The position numbers and the translations under genes were made by a program. A stretch of DNA of 64,000 bases from Squalus acanthias (Eukaryota), in NCBI GenBank assembly GCA_030390025.1, contig CM059432.1, positions 110,300,001 through 110,364,000 on the forward strand, read 5' to 3'. Below the pieces are notes generated by a model that ran no database searches, was not told the origin of the DNA, and saw only the letters and a program-made list of their open reading frames with translations. Positions 11,500 to 22,394 of the stretch are shown here, piece by piece (the stretch's first letter is position 1; each line of letters begins with the position of its first letter).

Positions 11500-14378
11500 C
11501 CGCGGACCTGCGGGAAACGAGACGGCAGCGGCGAGATTGAAAAGAGGCGGCAGAGACCAGGTAGGACTCAGCGCGGCGGCGGTCCTGCGGGAAACGAGGT
11601 GGCGGTGGCGGCGTTTAAAAGAGGCGGCAGAGACCAGGTAGGACTCAGCGCGGCGGCGGTCCTGTGGGAAACGAGGTGGCGGCGGCGGCGTTTAAAAGAG
11701 GCGGCAGAGACCAGGTAGGCGGACCAATCTCCGAGCTCAGAGGGAGGGAGAGAAGTAAAAAGTAATCGATGTGTGACATCACCAGAAAGCAGGTAAGTGA
11801 TTGGTTGGTGAGTATTTCTCTCTTTTTAAACTTAAACTCTGTGGTTTGTAGTTTCTAAGCTCTCTGTGGTTTAGCGGGGACTGTTGTTAAGCCAGGGCCC
11901 TTAAGTATATCATTTAACTGTAGTGTAATTGGTGGGATTGATTTGATTTAATTTAATTTAATTTGAATTAATTAAGGGGTAAGTCATGGCAGGAGAGCTC
12001 GGCCCCGTGGTATGCTCCTCCTGCGCTCTGTGGGAACTCAAACACTTCCTGTGCCCCTGACAACCATGTGTGCAGGAAGTGTATCCAGCTACAGCTACTG
12101 GCAGACCGCATTACGGCGCTGGAGCTGCAACTGGATACATACTGGACCATTCGCGATGCTGAGGACGTCGTGGATATCACGTTTGAGCAGTTGGTCACAC
12201 CACAGGCAAAGGATGCACAGGCAGAAAGGGAATGGGTGACCAACAGACAGAGTAGTAGGTGCAGGCAGGTAGTGCAGGAGTCCCCTGTGGACATCCCCCT
12301 CTCAAACAGATATACCACTTTGAATACTGTGAATACTTTGAATGGCTTATCAGAGGAAGGCAGCAGCAGCCAACTTCCTGGCACCAGGGGTGGCTCTGCT
12401 GCACAGGACGGGAGGAAAAAGAGGGGTAGAGCTATAGTGATAGGGGATTCTATTGTAAGGGATTCCTTAGGTTTTTGATAGGCGTTTCTGCGGCGGCAAA
12501 CGAGACTCCAGGATGGTGCGTTGCCTCCCTGGTGCAACGGTCAAAGATGTCTCAGAGCGGCTGCAGAAAATTTTGGAAGGGGTGGGTGAACAGCCAGTTG
12601 TCGTGGTGCATAGAGGTACCAACGATATAGGTAAAAAGGGGATGAGGTCCTAAAAGCTGAATATAGGGAGTTAGGAGGTAAATTAAAAAATAGGACCTCA
12701 AAAAGGTAGTAATCTCCAGATTGCTACCAGTGCCACGTGCTAGTCAGAGTAGAAATAGAAGGATATTTTCAGATGAATACGTGGCTAGAGGAATGGTGCA
12801 AGGGGGAGGGATTCAAATTCCTGGGACATTGGAACCGGTTCTGGGGGAGGTGGGACCAGTACAAACCGGACGGTTTGCACCTGGGCAGGGCCGGGACCGA
12901 TGTCCTAGGGGGAGTGTTTGCTAGTGCTCTGGGGGAGGGTTTAAACTAAAATGGCAGGGGGTTGGGAACCTGAGCAGGGAGACAGAGGAAAGGGAAACAA
13001 GGATAAAAGCAAAAGATGGGAAGGAGAAAAACAAAAGTGGCAGTCAGAAATCAACGGTTTAAATCAAACATGGCCACAGTAAATGATAATTCTAATAGGT
13101 CTAAGAGCGTTAAAAAAACAAGCCTGAATCTACTTGAATTTTTTGAGGATGTAACTGGTAAAATAGATAAGGGAGAACCAGTGGATGTGGTGTATTTGGA
13201 CTTTCAAAAGGGTTTCAATAAGGTCCCGCATAAGAGATTAGCGTGTAAAGTTAAGGCACATGGGATTGGGGGCAAGGTATTGACTTGGATAGAGAACTGG
13301 TTGGCAGACAGAAAGCAAAGAGTTGGAATAAACGGGTCTTTTTCCGAGTGGCAGGCAGTGACTAGTGGGGTACCGCAGGGATCGGTCCTTGGACCCCAGC
13401 TATTCACAATATATATTAATGATCTAGACAAGGGAACTAGATGCAATATCTCCAAGTTTGCAGACGACACAAAGCTGGGTGGGCATGTGTGCTGTGAGGA
13501 GGATGCCGAGAAACTCCAGGATGATTTGGACAGGTTGGGTGATTGGGCAGAAGCATGGCAGATGCAATATAACGTGGATAAATGCGAGGTTATCCACTTT
13601 GGTGTCAAAAACAGGAAGGCAGATTATTATCTGAATGGCAATAGATTGGGAAAAGGGGAAGTCCAACAAGACCTGGGTGTCCTTGTGCACCAGTCGCTGA
13701 AGGTAAGCATGCAGGTGCAGCAGGCGGTTAAGAAGGCAAATGGTATGTTGGTCTTCGTAGCGAGAGGGTTTGAGTACAGGAACAAGGATGTCTTGCTGCA
13801 GTTGTACAGGGCCTTGGAGAGACCACACCTTGAGTATTGTGTGCAGTTTTGGTCGCCTTATCTGAGGAAGGAGGTTCTTGCCATGGAAGGAGTTCAGCGA
13901 AGATTCACCAGGCTGATACCTGGGATGGCAGGAATGACGTATGAGGAGAGATTGGGCGTATACTCGCTGGAGTTTAGAAGAATGAGAGGGGATCTCATTG
14001 AAACTTATAAAATTCTGACAGGACTGGACAGACTAGATGCAAGAAGGATGCTCCCGATGGTCGGGGAGTCCAGAACCAGGGGTCACAGTCTAAGGATAAG
14101 GGGTAAGCCATTTAGGACAGAAATGAGGAGGAATTTCTTCACCCAGAGGGTGGTGAACCTGTGGAATTTTCTACCACAGAAGGCAGTAGAGGCCAATTCA
14201 TTAAATATATTCAAGAAGGAGTTGGATATATTTCTTAAGGCTAAAGGGATCAAGGGATATGGGGAGAAAGCAGGGACAGGGTTCTGAATTTGGATGATCA
14301 GCCATGATCGCATTGAATGGCGGAGCAGGCTAGAGGGGCCGAATGGCCTACTCCTGCTCCTATCTTCTATGTTTCTAT
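11500..14378 (+). mobile_element. CR1 with monomer-type 5'UTR, disrupted zinc-finger/esterase ORF1 and ORF2 lacking the endonuclease
   Basis: ORF1 pieces CRKCIQLQLL, AIVIGDSIVR, KPDGLHL; ORF2 jumps from KKTSL directly to NLLEFFE at ~13127; 3' tail present. Confidence 0.9.
11507..11720 (+). repeat. 77-bp tandem repeat (~2.8 units) in the CR1 5'UTR
   Basis: cctgYgggaaacgag starts at 11507, 11584 and 11661. Confidence 0.9.
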
Positions 14379-14768
14379 CTTAATCTTCCACTGAAGTATT
14401 AGCAATGCAAAAGCCAATAATTTATGATTTAATTGCACATAGCACAGAACAAATCCTCTCCTCAGAGCAACTTCTGCACTGTTGAAACAGTGAACAAAGT
14501 CACAAACACATCTCAAAACAACAGATTGTCACTAGGTGATAAAATAGCACAGAACTATCCCATTTGCCTCTCAAAGCTACTGACTGAAATATACAAGAAG
14601 CATCTGCCTCAATTGTTATTTCATAATTATGGGTGGATGCCAACGTTAGCTTCAAAACAGTTTTTCAGAGCCATGTCGAGGTCTTTTTGTCTCTCTTCAG
14701 TAGCAGGATACATACATCCATAAAGTTCTCCTCCGTAGTTCAGAGCTCTTGGACATATAAAATAAAAA

Positions 14769-16808
14769 GGCCGTGAAATCCGGCCCATTTGCGCCGGTCG
14801 TTCAGGCCGATTTGGAATAAAAAATGGCGGCCACCTCGCTTCCGCCCACGGCGGCTGCCATTTTGGGAAGGTTGGCAGCGCTGCCGTTACCAGCGCTTGC
14901 TCCAGATATTTAGATGAGTCAGATCGTGACGTCAATCGGTGTCAAATGCTGAACTGACGCACAGCCTGCAATTTTGGACGTTGTTGCTACTTTTAACGCC
15001 CTCTCCAAAGCACATACAGCAGAATGTGCATGCAGTTATATGACTGTCCCCCTACCAGTGCTTCTTAAAGGGACACACCCAACTTTCAGGTAAGTTTGGA
15101 TTTTTGCTTTTGTGCTGGTTCCTGTACAGTTTATTTGAGTAGTGGCTTGGTGTAAGACTATTAAAAAGTTGCTCAAGTGTGATGGGAGTGCAAGGAGTGC
15201 TGCTGGACATTTGCAAGGCTTTGGCTCTTAAAGGAAGGCCTCTGAGAACACCACTTGCTCCCAGTCCTGGGGGCTCTAGTTGCAGTCCCCCTTGGGCTGT
15301 AACATCACATGGAGATGGAGCAGAGGCAGCAAAGACAAGCTGCTCACAGAGGGAGCAGGAGGAGGAAGAAGCAGAAGGAAGGAGGCAACCCAGACAGCCC
15401 CTTTCTGGCCGGGATTTCCAGGATAGAATCATTCGCCTGCGGTTCCAGTGACCACAACTCCAATTCCCCTTTCAGCATTAGTCCCACACCTTACCTTCCC
15501 TCTGTTACTGACCATCACAGCGGCCTCTTGGCCACAGTGCTGAAATAAAAGCCACCACAAAGCAAACTTTCCAATCCAACTTTGTACATATCGGCATCCA
15601 ATATATCAAAAAAATCAACTCATCACCCTTGTGCATTCCCTTAGTGACTGTCTTGTGTGTGCCTTTGCCTATCCTAGTGATGTCACGCAGTACTACCCCA
15701 GTGGCTGCAGCATGGCAGCATGTTGACACTGTTGGGGACACTGCAGGTGGCCTTGCTGGTCGACCTTGAGGAGCTGGTGGCTGGGAGTGTGAAATCGAGT
15801 GATGGTGTCCTCTCCCTCTTCTTGATCAACCACTGGCTCGGCAGGCTGGATTTCTTGCGTGTCTGAAATGAGGAAGGCACCAGGGTAGGGTTGTGGTGAG
15901 GGCGGGAAAGCAAGAGCTGCATGCTTACACCATGCGCAGCTTGTACACCAGAAGAGATTGTGGGACGAGGGGGAAGTGGGATGTGAAAAGGAGGATAACG
16001 TATGAGGTTACCGGCATCTTGTGTTCTTTCAGCCCCGCCGCTGCCCAAGGGCTCAGCCATGCCCCTGCCAAGAATGGCCAGCTCCGTCTCCTCCAAGGGG
16101 GTGAAGTGAAGCTAGGAATGTGAGATGTGCCTCGTGATTGGTGCAGATTGTAAGTCGGTGAGTGATTCCGGTCGGGGGGGGGGGGGGGGGGGCGGTCGTG
16201 CAATGTGCAAGGCTAGTGGTGCAGTTGGTAGGAGACGGCTTTTGAAGATGCATTCACTGACCTTAACCTGTGGTCCGAGATCATGAAACTTCTTTGGGCA
16301 CTGGAGCCAGGTCCTGGGGGTGACACTGTTGGCAGTGACGGCCTCGGTGATCTGGTCCTACATCCTTCTTTCTAGAGGGCCTCCTGGCCCCGTGGGTAGA
16401 GGATCTCTCTTCCAGTGTTGCTCCCCTGCAACAAAGGCCTTGAGTGCTGCGTCTGAGACCCTGGGTGCCCTTTCCCTAGCCTGATGATCCATTTTGGTTA
16501 GTGCTGAAGCACTTTTAGCATTTTTGATCAGCAGAAACAAGCTCAACTTTAAGAGGTGCAAACTGCCTTTAAGAGGAGCAGGCTAGCTGTAGGTAAAGCT
16601 AGCCTCACTCAAACAATGCAAACTTCAGCCCCCTGCTGAGCACAGCACCTGGCAGCAGCACCTTCAGCGCTAGGCTGTGCGCTACAATCATTATAATTAG
16701 CAGACAGCACGAAGTTGACGTGCTGCCTGCGCTCCTTGAACGGGTGCGGGCATATCTCGCATTACGGTGCCCACGTCCGTTTTTTCGCGCTATTCCAATT
16801 TCACCACC
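14769..16808 (-). mobile_element. Non-autonomous PIF/Harbinger derivative (Myb/SANT remnant on minus, probable transposase C-terminal remnant on plus)
   Basis: TIRs ggccgtgaaatccgg / ccaatttcaccacc; 3-bp TSD aaa; MDHQARERAPRVSDAALKAFV; plus strand EEEEAEGRRQPRQPLSGRDFQDRIIRLRFQ* followed by aataaa. Confidence 0.75.
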
Positions 16809-17807
16809 AAAGTCATTATTCAACCTATTTGCAAGATACAGGACCGAGTTGCGTGGTGCATTTGCGGCAAAAAGATGAACAGTTGCAAGGAGAGTGGGTT
16901 GTAGCCTACACTCAGCACTCGAGGGATTTCAGGCTCACAGCAGCCATATCTCGATAAACAATTAGTGATGAGTAAGTATTGTACACAGAATTGGACTTGG
17001 ACAGTTAGAACACCAAGGCGACCGACAGATCACTAGATGCCATACATTAGTCATTTCACCATGTTGAAGGTATTTGGTGGAGGAAACGCAGAAGCTTGGC
17101 AAGATGATGGCTGGTTATATTACAACATGATCAGGAGATCTTGGATTTATGAACTGGGCTGCAGGGTAGCAAGCAGTGCCACTGAAGCCATGATCTCATT
17201 AAATGGTGGAGCAGGCTCGAGGGGCCAAATGGCCTACTCCTGCTCCTATTTCTCATGTTCTTATGTTAAGCATACTTCCAACTGGTAGGACCAGCATTCA
17301 TGGATATCGCAGATGCTCATGTTGTGGTCCAAAAGATGCTGGCAAAGCACTCACAAATCTTACAGTACGTTACGTTGCACAGGAGAAGTTCCCAACACCT
17401 AGCAAGGACTTAAACTGCACTGGTCAGTTGTGTCGTGACCCACTGGTGACTATCCTGCTGGTAAGGAGAAGGAAAGTAGCTTTCTTTGGGGTCAAGTTAG
17501 CTCCAAGGTGTCATGCCTAGCGATAGAAGACTGGAAGAGAGTTGATCCTCTGTGACAGATCCAATATCAAATTACAGTTCCCACCGTTTATAGCGGGCGT
17601 GTTCATGAGAACGTTATATGCGGTGGCCGGTGGGTAACCAGATAGCCGAGATCTTGGAAGTGGCCGGCAATTTGACAAGGGACAAGAAATCCATAACAGC
17701 AGTTAAAATTGCACATCATAGTTAAGAGAAAGTAATTTACACGTGAGTAATTTTACAAGCCGTTCTCCTGCACCAAAGTGTGGAGGCTCAGTATTTTCTA
17801 TTCATGG

Positions 17808-18882
17808 ACAAAATTGAAACCATGGGATTAAAGGGGCCGTGGCAACGTGGACACAAAATTGGCTAAGGGTCAGAAAGCAGAGAGTAGTGGTGAATGGTTG
17901 TTTTTCAAACTGAAGGGAAGTATACAGTGGTGTTCCCCAGGGTTTGGTGTTGGGACCCCTATGCTTTTTGATCTATATTAATGACCTGGACTTGGGTATA
18001 CAGGGCATAATTTCAACATTTGCAGATGACACGAAACTCAGAAATGTAATAAACTGTGAGGAGGATAGTAGCAGACTTCAGGAGGACACAGACAGGCTGG
18101 TGAAATGGGCAGGCACATGACATAAAATTTAATGCAGAGAAGTGTGAAGTGATACATTTTGGAAGGAAATATTAGGAGAGGCAATATGAACTAAATGGTA
18201 CAATTTGAAAGGGGGTGCAGGAACAGAAAGACCTGATAGTTCACAAACACAAATCTTTGAAGGTGTCAGGACAAGCTGTTAAAAAACATACAGGCATAGA
18301 ATGCAACAGCAAGGAAGTTCTGGTAAACCTTTAAAAAAAAATCACTGGTTCAACCTCAGCTGGAGTATTGTATCCAATTCTAGGCACCACACTTCAGGAA
18401 GGATGTCAAGGCCATGGAGGGGGTGCAGAGGAAATTTACCGGAATGGTACCAGGATGAGGGAATTCAGTTATGTGGAGAGACGAGAAGCTGGAATGGTTC
18501 TCCTTAAGAGCAGAGAAGGTTAAAGGAAGATTTAATAGAGGTGTTCAAAATTGAGGGATTTTGATCGAGTCAATGGGAAGAAACTGTTTCCACTGGCAGG
18601 CGGGTCGGTAACCAAAAGACAGAGATTTAAGATAATTGGCAAAATAGTCAGGGGGGAGATGAGGAAAAAAATTTTTACTCAGCGAGTTGTTATGATCTGA
18701 AATGCACTGCCTGAAAGGGCAGTAGGAGATTCAATAGTAACTTTCAAAAGAGAATTGGCTAAATACTTGAAAAGTAAACGTTTGCAGAACTATGAGGAAG
18801 TGGTACTAATTGGATAGCTCTTTCAGATAGCTTGCGCATTGGGCCAAATGGCCTCCTTCTGTGCTGTATGATGCTATGATTC
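17808..18882 (+). mobile_element. Decayed CR1 RT and 3'UTR
   Basis: ggtgttccccagggtttggtgttgggacc, tttgcagatgacacg, 3' tail gctgtatgatgctatgattct. Confidence 0.85.
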
Positions 18883-19029
18883 TTCATTTTCCAGTCAATT
18901 TGAAGCAACAAAAAAAAAAGGCTTAGGAATAATCATCGACAAATTCTAAAGATGTAGATGTAAATGTAAATTCCATTTAAACGCAGAGACCATTATATCT
19001 GCTAACACTTTTGCTATGATTTACTAAGA

Positions 19030-19778
19030 CAACCTTGTCTCTGTATCCACCCTATGGAGTGTGCCAAAACGGAGAGACAGTAACCTTAACTTGTCACTGT
19101 CAGTGTCCATCACAAGCGACAGGGCGAGACCGGTTTTTCTTTTAAGGCAGTGCCATGCTATGAACGGAATTGCACATGTCAATGTCTATACTTGGAGCCT
19201 TCATAACTTAGTGACCCTTTTCAGATACTAACCCGAGCTTTGCCATCAACCTGACCGGGATTGTAAACAAATCGCACTTTAACGAGGTGCGAACAGCCGC
19301 TTCAACTGCCCAAAATAGTCGGCGCTCTTAATACGGTTTAAATGGCGCCTTTGTAATTGATGCCTATGGTAATGGGAAATGGCTAACACCATCTGCCTGA
19401 TATAGGCGGCTATCCAGGATAAGTAGGGATAGTGTAAGTGGTAGGGACTGGACTGGCCAACTCACTTCTTGTCTTTCTAAATACAGAATGTGTCACCTGA
19501 TGCTTTGGCGCATGTGGGTACGAAGGTTAGAAATTACAGACTCATGGTTGATAATATTTGTGACACTACCACCAAAGTAATCTTTGCCACAGCCATTTAT
19601 CCTCTTGAACCCCTTGCGGGCAACAGAAATAGTCCGACATTTCCAAAGGGTTTCTGAGTCTTGGTATCATTCCAATGAGACCACTGCCTGCTGTCCAGTT
19701 TCTGTTCCGCTACACCAAGAATTTTGACTGTATTTGATTTGTTCTAGAAATATTCAATAAAAATGAAAAAAAAAAAAT
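19030..19778 (+). pseudogene. Possible decayed retrocopy of an Ig-superfamily (FcR-like) mRNA
   Basis: TTLSLYPPYGVCQNGETVTLTCHCQCP..RFFF; NCTCQCLYLEPS*LSDPFQI; VNKSHFNEVRTA then FNC after a frameshift; aataaa at ~19756 followed by an A-tract. Confidence 0.45.
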
Positions 19779-20329
19779 TGCCTCTAACCGAGGATAAAAC
19801 TCATCAACAGCCTCAGTGCAGATACTGGAGCCAATTCCGATTCAAACTGCTGGGTTTAAAATAAGAGACTTCAGGCTCAGCAGAGCAGCTCTACATTAGG
19901 CTATGACAACAAACATAGTTGGTATAATTTAAAGAGGCATCATCTGGAATGTGAGGAGCCACACTAGCTGGAGCGGCCACACACCATTGGTTCACCACCA
20001 TGCAAGCAACACAACGCAATGCAATAAACTATCGAACAAAAATTCAGCTTTCGATGAAACCTTTCACCGTGGGATGTACAGAGATCAAGTTCTCCAGATG
20101 TTTTTCCACTCAATGATTAGGACAGCGTGTTAGCCAACTTTATTGATCAATGCACAGTTTCATTGCAAAGTCTGTACCACAGTGTCTCTCCAATCCTTCT
20201 AAGGAATATAAGAAAGCTTTCTCTGAAGAGCGCCTCATTTGAGGCCAGCTGACCAGGATTTGGTAAATGTAAGTATATTTGAGCTGTCTGGCTCAGGGAG
20301 GCTCATGGTGCTTAAAAAGTGAGTAAAGG

Positions 20330-20577
20330 TCACATGGAGCGTGAGGATAGGCGCGAGCGACGAGGCCACAACATCGATTTTAACAGCCAGGCCTCATTTA
20401 AATAATGTTTCTGGTGCCACCCACCCGCGTGATGCAATTTCGCGCCCACTTGTCCACCCCTGTAAGGGAGGCTAACGACAGCAGTCCATCGACTGAAAAG
20501 AGAATTTAAAAATTGGTGACATGCCTGCAAAGAAAGGGAAGGTGGCCCTCATGTCCGCCGATGCTTCCCCGGAGGTA
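20330..20577 (+). mobile_element. Probable Harbinger 5' remnant
   Basis: aagggaaggtggccctcatgtccgccgatgcttccccggagg resembles the start of the Myb/SANT motif (APRFSDAxLE). Confidence 0.3.
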
Positions 20578-22394
20578 ATAACATAAGAAACAGGAGCAGG
20601 AGTAGGCCACTTGGCCCTTCAAGCCAATAAGATCATAGCTGATCTTCTGCCTCAAATCCACCTTCCCGCACAATCCCCATATCTCTTGATTCCTTAAGTA
20701 TCCAAAAATCTATCGACCTCTGTCTTGAATATACTCAATGACTGAGCATCCACAGCCCTCTAGGGTAGAGAATTCACCACCCTTTGAGTGAAGAAATTAC
20801 TCCTCAACTCAGTCCTAAATGGCCAACCCCTTAATCTGGGACTGTGACCCCTAGTTCTAGACTAATAACATCCTCCCAGCATCAAGCCCTTTAAGAATTT
20901 TACATGTTTCAACAAGATCACCTCTCATTCTTCTAAACTCTAGGGAATATAGGCCTAGTCTACTCAATCTCTCTTCTTAGGACAATCCCCTATTCCCAGG
21001 AATCAGTCTGGTGAACCTTCGTTGCACACCCTCGAAGGCAAGTATATCCTTCCTTAGGTAAGGAGACCAAAACTGTACACAGTACTCCAGGTGTGGTTTC
21101 ACCAAGGCCCTATATAATTGCAGTAAGACTTCTTTACTCTTGTACTCCAAACCCTTTGTAATAAATGCTAACATACCATTTGCTTTCCTAATTGCTTGCT
21201 GTATCTGCATGTTAACATTCAGTGATTCGTGTGCAAGGACACCCAGGTTCCTCTGAATACCAACATTTCCCAGACTCTCATCAATATTCTGCGTTTCTAT
21301 TTTTCCTACCCAAGTGGATAACTTCACATTTCTCCACATTATATTCCATTTGCCATGTTCTTGCCCACTCACTTAGCCTGTCTATATCCCTTTGCAGCCT
21401 CTTTGCATCCTCCTCACAGCTTACTTTCCCAACTAACTTTGTATCGTCAGCAAACTTGGATACATTACACTTGGTCCCCTCATCTAAGTCATTAATATAG
21501 ATTGTAAATAGCTGAGGCCCAAGCACTGATCCTTGAGGCACCTCACTAGCTACAGCCTGCCAACCTGAAAATTACCCGTTTATCCCTACTCTGTCTTCTC
21601 TCTGTTAAACAACCCTCAATTCATGCTAATATGTTGCCCCCAATCCCATGAGCCCTAATTTTGTGTAATAACCTCGTGTGGTATCTTATCGAATGCCTTC
21701 TGAAAATCCAAATACACCACATCCACTGGTTCCCCCTTATCTACCCTGCTAGTTACAACCTCAAAAAACTAACATATTTGTCAAAAACGATTTCCGTTTC
21801 ATAAATCCATGTTGACTCTGCCCAATCATATTACGATTTTCTAAGTGCCCTGTTACCACATCCCTAATAATAGATTCTAACATTTTTCCTACCACTGATG
21901 TCAGGCTAACTGGTCTATAGTTCCCCGTTTTCTCTCTCCCTCCTTTCTTGAATAGTGGGGTTACATTTGCTACCTTCCAATCCACAGGGACCATTCTAGA
22001 ATCTAGGGAATTCTGGAAGATCAAAATGAATGCATCCACAATCTCTGTAGCCACCTCTTTTAAAATCCTAGGATGTAGGCCATCAGGTCCAGGGGATTTG
22101 TTGACTTTAAGTATCACTAATTTCTCCAGTAGAATTTCTTTATTGATACTAATTTCTTTAAGTTCCTCATTCTCGCTAGACCCTTGGTTCCCCACTATTT
22201 CCAGAATGTTATTTGTGTCCTCTACCGTGAAGACAGATACAAAAGTACTTATTTCATTTCTCTGCCATTTCCTTATTCCCCATTATAATTTCTCCTGTCT
22301 CTGCCTGTAAGGGACCTACGTTTACTTTTGCTAATCTTTTCCTTTTTGTATACCTATAGAAGCTTTTATAATCTGTTTTTATGTCTCTTTTATG

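Noticed and set aside
11507..11720. Regular repeats as a CRISPR-like array (also 31490-31735)
   Set aside because: Head-to-tail tandem units without unique spacers, in a vertebrate genome with no cas genes.
14627..14760. Minus-strand stretch ALNYGGELYGCMYPATEERQ as a possible OXR1 exon
   Set aside because: No similarity to the OXR1 sequence I recall, and no convincing splice-site pair.
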